64,000 nucleotides of DNA from Candidatus Micrarchaeota archaeon (GCA_964581105.1 CAZOMB010000003.1:4421-68420); one strand, 5' to 3'; numbered from the stretch's first letter, positions 9,469-18,474 are shown. The notes: generated by a model not told the origin, from the letters alone. Translations and numbers: made by a program.

Positions 9469-9476
9469 AGCATTAC

Positions 9477-9529
9477 CCTGTTGCCTCTGGTGGTAGTATT
9501 AGTCAAAGCCGGTTTTTAATGGTTTCTCC
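9477..9529 (-). promoter_or_regulatory. Duplicated promoter/leader, copy B
   Basis: Matches 7797-7849; directly upstream of ATG 9468. Confidence 0.7.
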
Positions 9530-9541
9530 CCTATTCTGGAA

Positions 9542-10432
9542 TCAGCCTGCCCTTCGCAAAAGAAGGTGCTTTCCTTTTCTTGTGAGCCGGTAATAAACGA
9601 ATTTCCTGCCAGGGGTTGCAAGCTTTTCAACAAGGCCTGCCTGCTGCAATGCCTCCAAGTGCTCAGATATTGTTGCCTTGCTTTTGCCAAGTTTTGAGGA
9701 AAGGTCTGTTGGTATTCTGTCTGCTTCAGAAAGCTGTTCCATTATTCCTGCCCTTGTCTTGTTTTCAAGAAGCCGGGTGTCATGCGCACTGATTTCAACC
9801 TGTGCCTGCCTTTGCTGCAAAATCAGGTATGATGCCACTATTATGAGCACAAATGCGCCTAATGCCTGCAAAGCCTGCCAGGTTCCTAGTTTCTCCCCTT
9901 CCAGCTCTGGCTCTTGAGGTGCTCTTGGGGCTGTTCCTGCTGTTTTTGCTTCAATCCCAAAATCCAGGCTTTCTTGTGCTGCTTTGGGAACAGCTGCCTC
10001 AGCAGAAGGCTCTTCATATTGTTCTGGCACTGGCATTTGGTTGCAAGTTTCAGGAGTAGCGCAGCCAGACCAGCTAGCTTGTTCACTGCAATAATAGTCA
10101 ACAGTGCTTAATGGGGCAAATCCTCTTGGGTCGCATTTTGTTTCAATTACCCCTAGGCTAATTAGGGCCTCAAGCTCATTTGAAAGAGCTGGTTGGCTCT
10201 CATCAGTGCCAGAAACTGATACTAAGATGCCTTGCGGGGAAGAAGATATGCTTGTTTTGTAATCCCCTTTGCTTGACTCATAAGTAAAAGTGTCATTTTC
10301 ATCAAAAGAGCCGTTAAGCGAGGGAGCAGAAGACAGGTTAAGGGAAGCTTCTGAAGAAAGGGTTGCACTAAAGGATGCAAAATAGGCACAGGAAAGCACT
10401 AAGCACACAAGCAATATGGCTGATAGTCTCAT
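9542..10432 (-). CDS. Membrane-anchored ArsR-family winged-helix regulator with an extracellular N-terminal domain
   Basis: Signal peptide, Cys-containing domain, TM helix, then TRAGIM...PTDLSSKLGKSKATISEHLEALQQAGLVE...YYRLT. Confidence 0.85.
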   Translation of the reverse strand: MRLSAILLVCLVLSCAYFASFSATLSSEASLNLSSAPSLNGSFDENDTFTYESSKGDYKTSISSSPQGILVSVSGTDESQPALSNELEALISLGVIETKCDPRGFAPLSTVDYYCSEQASWSGCATPETCNQMPVPEQYEEPSAEAAVPKAAQESLDFGIEAKTAGTAPRAPQEPELEGEKLGTWQALQALGAFVLIIVASYLILQQRQAQVEISAHDTRLLENKTRAGIMEQLSEADRIPTDLSSKLGKSKATISEHLEALQQAGLVEKLATPGRKFVYYRLTRKGKHLLLRRAG

Positions 10433-10574
10433 AGAAGAAGTGTGCCTCCAACCTTATAAAAATTGTTCGCTTTTTGTTCGGTGCATCTTGCCGGGCAAGG
10501 CATCAGTGCTGCCATAGCAGCACCGGGAAAAGCGATTCATTCTGCTCACAGAATGTGCATCGGTTTTTGTTCGG

Positions 10575-10769
10575 TCAGCGGGCAAGCTTTATATCTGAAG
10601 ATGTCACTGTTTTCCTGCCTGCATGCTTTGCGTATTTTATTGCCCTTGTTGAAATGTCAACCCCTATCTTCTCAAGTGTCTCTGCAAGCTCTGTTGCTGC
10701 GCTGTCACTTACCCTGTCAGCGCCGCATGAGCGTATTATTTTCTCAACAGGGGCTTTTGGAAGTATCAT
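10575..10769 (-). CDS. Archaeal histone (HMf family)
   Basis: MILPKAPVEKIIR..GADRVS...AKHAGRKTVTSSDIKLA. Confidence 0.95.
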   Translation of the reverse strand: MILPKAPVEKIIRSCGADRVSDSAATELAETLEKIGVDISTRAIKYAKHAGRKTVTSSDIKLAR

Positions 10770-10828
10770 AAGACCACCGGCATTATACCTCAATTAGGTA
10801 ATTAAATGCTTGCGTACAAGTGTGTTTT

Positions 10829-12343
10829 ATGCAAGGCTTTTTGAGAAAAGGCATAACTCCCCGGGCATACCAGAGAGCAATAGCAGGCTCTGCCCTGGCA
10901 AGCGGCAATACATTGGTTGTGCTGCCAACCGGCCTGGGCAAAACCTTGATTGCCTTTCTTGTTATAGAGGAAAAAGTAAAGCAGGGAAGAGCGGTTTTCC
11001 TTGCCCCGACAAAGCCTCTTGTACAGCAGCATCACAGGACTTTTCTTGAACTGACTCATTTTCCTGGGGAAGAAACTGCCTTGATTACAGGTGAAGTGCA
11101 GCCAAAAAACAGGGAAAAGATGTGGAACAAAAGAGTGTGCTTTTCAACCCCCCAGTCCTTGCAAAATGATTTGAAGAGGGGGAGAACAGGCGCTGACTTT
11201 TCCCTTTGCATAATTGATGAGGCACACAGGTCAGTTGGAAACTATGCATATACTTATGTTGCTGAAAAGTGCAATGAAAAAGGGGCACTTATTTTAGGGC
11301 TTACTGCCTCGCCAGGGGGAAGCAAAAAAAGGATAGAAGAAATAGTCAATGCATTGGGCATACAAAACATTGAGATAAGGACTGCAGCTGACTCTGATGT
11401 TGCCTCATATGTAAAGCCCCTTGAAATTAATTTTGTAAGGGTGGCTTTGGGAAAAAGCTTTTCAGAGATAAAAAAGCTTCTTGAGGCAATGCTAAAAGAC
11501 TACTCAAAGTACTTGTCAAACTTTGGGTTTCATGCGCCTTTAAAGTCAAAAAAGGGGCTGGTTGAGCTTAGGGTAAAAATAATGAGGATGTCAAGCAGAA
11601 TAAAGTACTCTGCTTTGTCATTTTACTCGTCTGTTTTCAATGTTGTGCACATGCTTGAGCTCATAGAGACACAGGGGCTTGCAACATTTCTTTCATATGT
11701 TGAAAAGCTGAAAACAAGGCCAGATACAAAGGCAAGAAGGAGGATATTTGCTGACAAGAGGTTTATGCAAGTATTGAAGCTGTGCCAAACCTCTTCTGAG
11801 CACCCAAAGCTTTGCGAGCTAATCAAAATACTGTCCGGCTTAAAGGGGGAAAAAGTGCTGGTATTTGCCCAGTACAGGGACCAGGTAAAAACAATTGTCA
11901 GCACTTTGCAGGAAAACGGGTTTTCTGCAAAAAGGTTTGTAGGGAAAAAGGAAGGGGTCACCTCCAAAGAGCAGAAAAAGACAATTGAGAAATTTGCAAA
12001 AGGCCAGTTTGACATAATGGTTGCAACCTCAATAGGCGAAGAAGGGCTGGACATACCTTCAGTTGACACCGTAGTATTCTTTGAGCCAATTGCATCTGAA
12101 ATCCGCTCAATACAAAGGAGGGGAAGGGCAGGAAGGCTAAAAGCAGGCAAAGTAATAGTGCTAATCACAGTCGGCACAAGGGATGAGGCCTACTTTTACT
12201 CTTCAAGGAAAAAAGAGGAGAACATGAAAAGGATTGTTGGCAAAATGAAAAGGAAATTTGCTGCCCCTGGGCAAAAGAAAAGGCCCCAAAAGAAAAGGAG
12301 GGGAAAAAGCCAGCCTGTGCAAAGGAAAATCACAGACTTCTGA
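10829..12343 (+). CDS. Hef/FANCM (ERCC4-like) SF2 helicase without a nuclease domain
   Basis: PTGLGKT, DEAH, TAS, EEGLDIP, QRRGRAGR; C-terminal PIP-like QRKITDF. Confidence 0.9.
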   Translation: MQGFLRKGITPRAYQRAIAGSALASGNTLVVLPTGLGKTLIAFLVIEEKVKQGRAVFLAPTKPLVQQHHRTFLELTHFPGEETALITGEVQPKNREKMWNKRVCFSTPQSLQNDLKRGRTGADFSLCIIDEAHRSVGNYAYTYVAEKCNEKGALILGLTASPGGSKKRIEEIVNALGIQNIEIRTAADSDVASYVKPLEINFVRVALGKSFSEIKKLLEAMLKDYSKYLSNFGFHAPLKSKKGLVELRVKIMRMSSRIKYSALSFYSSVFNVVHMLELIETQGLATFLSYVEKLKTRPDTKARRRIFADKRFMQVLKLCQTSSEHPKLCELIKILSGLKGEKVLVFAQYRDQVKTIVSTLQENGFSAKRFVGKKEGVTSKEQKKTIEKFAKGQFDIMVATSIGEEGLDIPSVDTVVFFEPIASEIRSIQRRGRAGRLKAGKVIVLITVGTRDEAYFYSSRKKEENMKRIVGKMKRKFAAPGQKKRPQKKRRGKSQPVQRKITDF

Positions 12344-12376
12344 TGACTTTTTAAGCCTATTTTATCTTATTTTACC

Positions 12377-15040
12377 ATGAAAGAGCCAAGCTGGCACTCA
12401 ATGTCCCTCAAATCACTATTTTCTGAGCTTAGCACAAAAGACTCAGGGCTTACTGAAAAGGCAGCAAATGCAAGGCTTGCAAATTATGGCAAAAACCAGA
12501 TTGAGGAAATAAAAAAAGACCCATGGTATATGATGCTTTTGGGCCAGTTCAACAACTTGCCGATAATACTTCTTATTGCAGCTGCTGCAATCTCATTTGC
12601 CCTTGGAATGACTGTTGATGAAAAGAAGATAATAGACGGCATTGCAATAACAGTTGCAATCCTGCTTGCAGTCTTTTTCAGCTTTTTCCAGGAGTACAAG
12701 GCAGAGCGGGCGTTGGAGGCACTAAAAAAGCTCATGGTGCCCCGCTCAGTTGTGCTAAGAGGGGGAAAAGAAGTTTCAATTGATTCAAGATTCATTGTGC
12801 CTGGAGACATACTTGTGCTTGAGGAAGGCTCAAGGGTTGCTGCAGATGTTAGGCTTATTGAGGCAGTAAATATAGCTTCTGACCAGTCAACCTTGACAGG
12901 GGAATCAAGGCCTTCTGCAAAAGATGCCTGTACAGTGCCTTCGAAAAAAGTGCTGTCAGAGCAGAACAACATGCTGTTTGCAGGAACAGTTATTGTAAGG
13001 GGCCATGGGCTGGGAGTGGTGGTAAGGACTGGCATGCACACAGAGTTTGGCAAAATAGTTGGCTATGTTACAGAAAAAAAGCCAAAAGAGACAACTTTGC
13101 AAAAGAGCCTTGCAGATTTGGCAAAAAACCTTGGCTATGCAGGAATAATTTTGGCGGCCCTATTTTTTGCAATAGGCATTTTCAGGGGAGAAACAGCTGC
13201 AAACATGTTCATTGTCGCAGTAGCGCTTGCTGTTGCAGTCATCCCAGAAGGCCTTCCGACAGTGCTTGCAATAACTTTGGCAATCGGCGTTCAGAAAATG
13301 GCAAAAAAGAATGCAATAGTCAGGAAAATGCCTGCAGTTGAGACCCTTGGCTCTGCAACTGTAATTTGCACAGACAAGACAGGGACAATAACAAAGAACA
13401 AGATGCAGGTGCAGCAAATAATACTTGCAGACAGGACATATTCAATAGGATATGGAAAACTGTCCCCTTCGGCAGCAAAAAGGGACAAAGTGCTTGCAAA
13501 AGCGCTTGAAATAATGGCACTTTGCAACAATGCAATGGTTGTAAGGGAAGAAGGCAAGGAAACTGTGTCAGGCGACCCTACTGAAACAGCGCTTTTGAGC
13601 GCAGTTGGCTCATGCTCTGTAAATGCAAGGAGGATGAGGTCAGGGCACAGGCTTGTTGGGGAAGTGCCTTTTGACTCTGGCAGGAAAATGATGAGCTCTG
13701 TCCGGCTTTTTGGCAAGAAAAGAATAGCCCTGGTAAAAGGGGCGCCTGAGAAAATAATCTCAAAATGCTCAAAAATGCTTGACTCAAAAGGGGAGCAAAG
13801 GCTCACTCAAGTGAAAAAAAGAATGCTGAACATGGATTCGCAAATGCTTGGCGAGGATGGGATGCGCGTGCTTGCGCTTGCCTACAGGCAGGTGCCAAAG
13901 CTTTCAAAGCATACCGCCTCAAATACTGAAAAATCCCTTGTTTTTGTCGGCTTGGTTGCAATGGAAGACCCGCCAAGGGAGGAAGTGCCAGAGGCAATAA
14001 GCCTGTGCCGGTCTGCCGGAATAAGGGTAGTAATGATTACAGGCGACTCTCTTCAGACTGCAAAGGCAATTGCATCAAAGGTCGGGCTTTTTGAAAAAGG
14101 CTCAATGGTTGTTGACGGCTCTGAGCTAAAGTCAATGGATGACACAGAGCTTGACTCAATCCTTTATTCAACAACAGTATTTGCAAGGGTCACTCCAGAG
14201 CAAAAGTACAGGATAGTCAGGGCATTTATGAGGCAAGGGGAAATAGTTGCAGTGACAGGCGATGGGGTCAATGATGCTCCTGCAATAAAAAAGGCCCATA
14301 TAGGGGTTGCAATGGGCGTTGTTGGCACAGATGTAACCTCCGAAGTATCAGACATTGTGCTTACTGATGACAATTTCTCATCAATAGTAAATGCAGTCAA
14401 GTATGGGAGGACCATATTCAATAACATAAAGTCATTTGTAAGGTACCAGATTTCAACAAACGTTGCCGCGATTTCACTTATGTTTGCAGCGCCTGCGCTT
14501 TCACTTCCTCTTCCTTTGCTGCCTCTCCAGCTTCTGTGGATAAATATTATGATTGACGGGCCTCCAGCACTTGCCCTTGGCGCAGAGCCGCCTTCAAAAG
14601 ATGAGATGAAACGCCCCCCTCGGGATCAGAAAAAGCCATTCATAGGCAGGAACCTTGTTCTTTCAATAACAAGCTTAGGCTTACTTATGGCATCAATTGG
14701 CTTAGTTGTATTTGTCTTTTACCTTTCCTACAGCCCTGAAAGGGCGTTTACAGTGGTATTTACTCTATTTGTATTTTTGCAGCTTTTCAATGCACTTAAC
14801 TGCAGGTCTGCCACTGAATCAATATTTTCCCGGTTTTTTGCCAACCCCTATGTATTTTTGGCAATACTGGTATCGCTTTTGCTGCATCTGGCAATTGTTT
14901 ATTATGCGCCGCTTCAGGAGGTATTCAAGACAGTTCCTCTTGTGCCAGGCGACTTTGCTATTATAATAGCTGCTGCGCTTCTTGTAATAGTATTTGAGGA
15001 GATAAAGAAAAAGATAATGCCATTTACTACTGCCTACTGA
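12377..15040 (+). CDS. P-type (P2A-like) cation-transporting ATPase
   Basis: TGES, PEGL, DKTGT, KGAPE, TGDGVNDAPA. Confidence 0.95.
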   Translation: MKEPSWHSMSLKSLFSELSTKDSGLTEKAANARLANYGKNQIEEIKKDPWYMMLLGQFNNLPIILLIAAAAISFALGMTVDEKKIIDGIAITVAILLAVFFSFFQEYKAERALEALKKLMVPRSVVLRGGKEVSIDSRFIVPGDILVLEEGSRVAADVRLIEAVNIASDQSTLTGESRPSAKDACTVPSKKVLSEQNNMLFAGTVIVRGHGLGVVVRTGMHTEFGKIVGYVTEKKPKETTLQKSLADLAKNLGYAGIILAALFFAIGIFRGETAANMFIVAVALAVAVIPEGLPTVLAITLAIGVQKMAKKNAIVRKMPAVETLGSATVICTDKTGTITKNKMQVQQIILADRTYSIGYGKLSPSAAKRDKVLAKALEIMALCNNAMVVREEGKETVSGDPTETALLSAVGSCSVNARRMRSGHRLVGEVPFDSGRKMMSSVRLFGKKRIALVKGAPEKIISKCSKMLDSKGEQRLTQVKKRMLNMDSQMLGEDGMRVLALAYRQVPKLSKHTASNTEKSLVFVGLVAMEDPPREEVPEAISLCRSAGIRVVMITGDSLQTAKAIASKVGLFEKGSMVVDGSELKSMDDTELDSILYSTTVFARVTPEQKYRIVRAFMRQGEIVAVTGDGVNDAPAIKKAHIGVAMGVVGTDVTSEVSDIVLTDDNFSSIVNAVKYGRTIFNNIKSFVRYQISTNVAAISLMFAAPALSLPLPLLPLQLLWINIMIDGPPALALGAEPPSKDEMKRPPRDQKKPFIGRNLVLSITSLGLLMASIGLVVFVFYLSYSPERAFTVVFTLFVFLQLFNALNCRSATESIFSRFFANPYVFLAILVSLLLHLAIVYYAPLQEVFKTVPLVPGDFAIIIAAALLVIVFEEIKKKIMPFTTAY

Positions 15041-15540
15041 ACCTTTTGCATTCTGTTTAGAAAGCCCTTTGCTTTTTCTGTTATGCTTTTGGAGCCAAGC
15101 TCAACAATTACTGCCCCTTGGTCAGGCTGCCCATATACAAGTGTTCCTTTTTTTGCCCTTGCCATTATAGCAAGAGAGGATAAGTCATCCTCCCCAACAA
15201 CAAAAATTGCGCCTTTTTCCTTTTCAAGCACTTTTTCAATTGCAATCAATAGCTCGTCAGATATATGGCCTGCCCCTGATAAAACAGCATATGCCTCTTT
15301 TGCATGCGGCACAAATGTTTTTTTCATTTCTTTTGGGATTTCAACCCGTTTTACCTTAAAGTCAAATACTATTATGTCGGGTGCAATCCCTGCAGTTATC
15401 AAGTCATGTGCACACTGGTCGCCAACAGCAATAAGCGGTTTGATTGCCTTTTTGCTTTCCTGCAAAAACTCCTTTCCCCTTAAAACCCTTCCAAAGGGCT
15501 TTCTTATTTCTTCTCTCATGTTTTCAGGCAGCACAAGCAT
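15034..15540 (-). CDS. GTP-dependent dephospho-CoA kinase (DUF359)
   Basis: R.PFG, VGD, D.KVKR, GEDDL, YGQPDQG motifs. Confidence 0.85.
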   Translation of the reverse strand: MLVLPENMREEIRKPFGRVLRGKEFLQESKKAIKPLIAVGDQCAHDLITAGIAPDIIVFDFKVKRVEIPKEMKKTFVPHAKEAYAVLSGAGHISDELLIAIEKVLEKEKGAIFVVGEDDLSSLAIMARAKKGTLVYGQPDQGAVIVELGSKSITEKAKGFLNRMQKVQ

Positions 15541-15545
15541 ATTAA

Positions 15546-16217
15546 TCAGCCCAAAGTATCTGCAGAGCCATCCTGCTTGCCAACAATGACAACTGGCCTT
15601 TTGTTGGCAAATATCCCATTGTCAACAACGCCAGGAATGCTGTTAATCATCTTCTCAAGCTTTGCAGGCTCTTGTATTTCCCCAAACTCAACATGCAGCA
15701 TAAGGTTTGAGTTGTCGCTTATGAATTTCCTTTCCCCTTTCATCCTGGTTTCAAATTTCTTTGCCCCGATTTTAACAAGGTCCATTTTCACTGCCTCTTC
15801 AGCCATTGGGATAACTTCAATTGGCACTGTTCCTGATAGCTTTTGAACAAGCTTGTTTTGCCCTGCCATTACAATGAATTTTCCTGCCCTGTAGTCTACT
15901 ATTTTCTCCCTTACCAAAGCCCCGCCAAGTCCCTTTATTAGGTTCAATTTTTTATCCACTTTATCAGCTCCGTCAAATGCAATGTCAAGCTCTTTTATCT
16001 TGCCAAAGCCAGCAAGCTTTAAGCCAAGCCCTTTTGCCTGCTCTTCAGATGCCACAGATGTTGCAATGCAGGTAAGCTTTAGGTCCTCTTTTTTGTTAAG
16101 CTCTCCAAGCATGTCAATGAATATTTTTGCAGTGCTGCCTGTGCCAAGCCCTATTTTCATGCCTGGCTTTACCATTTTAAGGGCCTGTGCTGCTGCAGCC
16201 TGCTTTTCATTGTGCAT
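15546..16217 (-). CDS. rpiA: Ribose-5-phosphate isomerase A
   Basis: GLGTGST, DGAD, KGLGGALVREK, GVVDNGIF. Confidence 0.95.
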   Translation of the reverse strand: MHNEKQAAAAQALKMVKPGMKIGLGTGSTAKIFIDMLGELNKKEDLKLTCIATSVASEEQAKGLGLKLAGFGKIKELDIAFDGADKVDKKLNLIKGLGGALVREKIVDYRAGKFIVMAGQNKLVQKLSGTVPIEVIPMAEEAVKMDLVKIGAKKFETRMKGERKFISDNSNLMLHVEFGEIQEPAKLEKMINSIPGVVDNGIFANKRPVVIVGKQDGSADTLG

Positions 16218-16228
16218 ATTATCATCCC

Positions 16229-16774
16229 CTATATAGTTTTCAGGAGGTCTGCTTTAGTTATTATGCCTGCTATTTTGCCTTTTTGCATTACCAGCACTGC
16301 TGAGTGGTGGCGCAGCAAATAAGCAATTGCAGAGATTGGGGTTGTCAAAAGCGCAGTCGGGAATGCCTCTTCCATTGCGTCATGCACTTTCATTCTTGCT
16401 ATCTTTTTTGCGTCAGTTGAAAAATTGGAAAGAATTGCCTGTTCTGAGATGCTGCCAATTACCTGCTTTCCCTGCATGACAGGCATTTGTGAAATCGAGT
16501 ATTTTCTCATTTTTGTTGCTGCAGATGACAATGGCTCTGAGGAAGAAACAGTCTTTACGCCTGCGTTCATTATCTCTTTTGCTGCCTTTTCCTTTGAGTA
16601 ATGCTCTCTTTGCAAAACTTCTATGATTTTCTTCACTTTTGAGTAGGCAGGGTCAATGCTTCCTGCCTCTACTTTTGCAACCAATGACTGGGAAACGCCT
16701 GCCATTTTTGCAAGCTGGTGCTGGGTGATTCCAAGCTTTTTCCTAAGCTCCTTTATTCTCCTGATATCATCCAT
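16229..16774 (-). CDS. XRE-HTH + CBS-pair transcriptional regulator
   Basis: LRKKLGITQHQLAKMAGVSQSLVAKVE followed by two CBS repeats. Confidence 0.9.
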   Translation of the reverse strand: MDDIRRIKELRKKLGITQHQLAKMAGVSQSLVAKVEAGSIDPAYSKVKKIIEVLQREHYSKEKAAKEIMNAGVKTVSSSEPLSSAATKMRKYSISQMPVMQGKQVIGSISEQAILSNFSTDAKKIARMKVHDAMEEAFPTALLTTPISAIAYLLRHHSAVLVMQKGKIAGIITKADLLKTI

Positions 16775-16828
16775 GCTAAAGGTTCAATTGCTACTGTTTA
16801 TATTCCTAATGGAATTATTGCCTGCTAA

Positions 16829-17209
16829 TCAAACCATTATTCCTTCGGTTTTTATCTTGTTTTTTGTTACATGGCTTCCGTATTTTGCCAAAAGAGAGTT
16901 TATAAAATTGGAAAGGCCCCTACAATTCTTCTTAGCCTCTTTGAACTCATCCAAAATCTGTTTTTTGTACTCTGGCAGGTTTTCTGTTTTCAAGATGTCC
17001 TCTCCAATTTCTTTGATAATTTGCTTTGATTCTTCCAGCCCAACGCTTATTCTGTCTGCCACAGTGAATGATTTTATCCTCCTGTTGACTACTGCCATGG
17101 CTTTTGAGAACATTTCATATTTGTCGCCTCTGCTCATGCCTTGGAGTATAGTTTTTACATTATTTTTGACTTTTTGATTATTCAAGCCTATCACCTGCTT
17201 TTTTCTCAT
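16829..17209 (-). CDS. Hypothetical protein
   Basis: 126-aa ORF with TATA-like sequence upstream. Confidence 0.55.
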   Translation of the reverse strand: MRKKQVIGLNNQKVKNNVKTILQGMSRGDKYEMFSKAMAVVNRRIKSFTVADRISVGLEESKQIIKEIGEDILKTENLPEYKKQILDEFKEAKKNCRGLSNFINSLLAKYGSHVTKNKIKTEGIMV

Positions 17210-17307
17210 GTGCAGGTGCTTATATACTTCCCTGAAAGAATTATTCTTATCGGAATTAAGAGAAAAAAGAGCAGAGAGTTAACTCTGCTTCTGAAAATAT
17301 AGCCTGC

Positions 17308-17505
17308 CTATTCCCTGCCAAACCTGTTGAGAAGGTCAATGGCCACAAAGAAGAAGAGCATTCCCCCAATTGGCCAATATGCCCAGTCAATGCCTCCTCC
17401 ACTGGCATAGTCAATTGCCAAAAGAGCAAGAGAGATTATCACAAACACGCCTATGTTGTACCACCACTTCTTTTTTCCTTTCTTTTTTGCCAAGAGAACC
17501 ACCAT
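17308..17505 (-). CDS. Small 2TM-domain membrane protein
   Basis: Two TM helices around W.YWP. Confidence 0.7.
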   Translation of the reverse strand: MVVLLAKKKGKKKWWYNIGVFVIISLALLAIDYASGGGIDWAYWPIGGMLFFFVAIDLLNRFGRE

Positions 17506-17629
17506 ATTCCTGTTCAGTGGTGAGATTGTTAAGCCTTGCGCCTAAGAAAAAGAAACATGCCATTAGCTTTCTGCCTGCCGGCAGCAAGGCTGTCATTTTT
17601 CTTGAGAAGAAAAATGCCAAGGGCGAGAT

Positions 17630-17678
17630 TTGTCCAGTTTTTCCGTGAACGCTTTTGCGCAGCAGCGGAAAAGGGTTC
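17630..17678 (-). other. tRNA-Met BHB intron at 58/59 (49 nt)
   Basis: Central helix GUUC/GGAC; bulges AA|G and AA|A. Confidence 0.85.
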
Positions 17679-17699
17679 TTGAACTCGCGGCTTCCAGAT

Positions 17700-17829
17700 T
17701 TCTCAGTTTTAGCCTGAAGAACAATTTCAACAGGCAATGCCTTTCTATATCATTGCTGCTCTCACAGCTCATCACTCACAAGTATTACTCCTTTTTGGTG
17801 GAGCTTTTTAGGCATCCCAAAAAAGGTCC
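17700..17829 (-). other. tRNA-Met BHB intron at 37/38 (130 nt)
   Basis: Central helix CUCA/UGAG; bulges UA|G and AA|A. Confidence 0.85.
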
Positions 17830-17853
17830 TATGAGTCTGGCACTCTAACCAAA

Positions 17854-17884
17854 TTCCTCTGTAGAAATGCAGGCACTCCTACAT
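17854..17884 (-). other. tRNA-Met relaxed-BHB intron at 15/16 (31 nt)
   Basis: CUC/GAG helix; bulges AG|A and AA|U; intron hairpin UGUAGGAGUG/CAUUUCUACA. Confidence 0.8.
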
Positions 17885-17943
17885 CTGAGTTACCTTGGCA
17901 CAAATGCTATATGGATGAAAAGGCATTAAAAAGGAGTATTTGA

Positions 17944-18237
17944 GGAGCGGCGGGTAGTAGCCTGCCTTCTGTTTTAGATGGCATTTGACTAACCAGAGGG
18001 CTGACGCCCTCTAGCTGTTCATCCTCGCGGATGAACAAGCGGCATTAAGCCTTGCACCGCGCACATTATCCTTGCACGGGCCGTTTCATCCCTTTTTCTG
18101 CAGCTCCTTGCGTCATAGCCATATACAGGCAAAGGGTTGTCGTTTCTGTTCCCGATATCCCCTTAAGGGATTAGGACTCTTGCGGTGGGCAGAACTTCCT
18201 CCCCAAGCAAAGGGGTAAGCCATCCTCCCGCCACTCC
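17944..18237 (-). ncRNA. rnpB: RNase P RNA
   Basis: P1 GGAGUGGCGGG/CCCGCCGCUCC; conserved GAGGAAGUUCUGCC, ACAGAAA, UGAAACG, GUGCAAG, AACAGAAGGCAGGCUA. Confidence 0.92.
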
Positions 18238-18276
18238 AGCATAACAAGTGATTATTGTGCAATATAAGCTTTGCGC

Positions 18277-18474
18277 CTAATCTCCGCCGCCTTTTAGCTT
18301 GGTTAAAAGCACAAATACCATGATAGTTGCAATAACGCCTGCAGCATAGGGGACATACCATTCGTCAAGTGGGCCCCTTGTCTCTGCCCAGACATTTGCT
18401 ATTGCATAGCCAACAACCACTGCAACAACCAGCCTTCCAAGCCCAAACACTGCCTTCATTTTGTCAGATGCCAT
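18277..18474 (-). CDS. Small two-TM membrane protein
   Basis: Two hydrophobic helices. Confidence 0.65.
   Translation of the reverse strand: MASDKMKAVFGLGRLVVAVVVGYAIANVWAETRGPLDEWYVPYAAGVIATIMVFVLLTKLKGGGD

Larger units (their letters stand above)
17615..17899 (-). tRNA. tRNA-Met(CAU), elongator-type, with three introns
   Basis: Exons 17899-17885, 17853-17830, 17699-17679 and 17629-17615 join into a full cloverleaf: acceptor GCCAAGG/CCUUGGC, anticodon CAU at 17831-17833. Confidence 0.9.

Noticed and set aside
7725..9529. CRISPR array from the CCTGTTGCCTCTGGTGGT repeats
   Set aside because: Only three copies, irregular spacing (69 bp, then 1680 bp), leader positions and no cas genes
17370..17848. 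ORFs 17370-17648, 17411-17737, 17593-17775 and 17630-17848
   Set aside because: They overlap the split tRNA-Met and have no protein motifs
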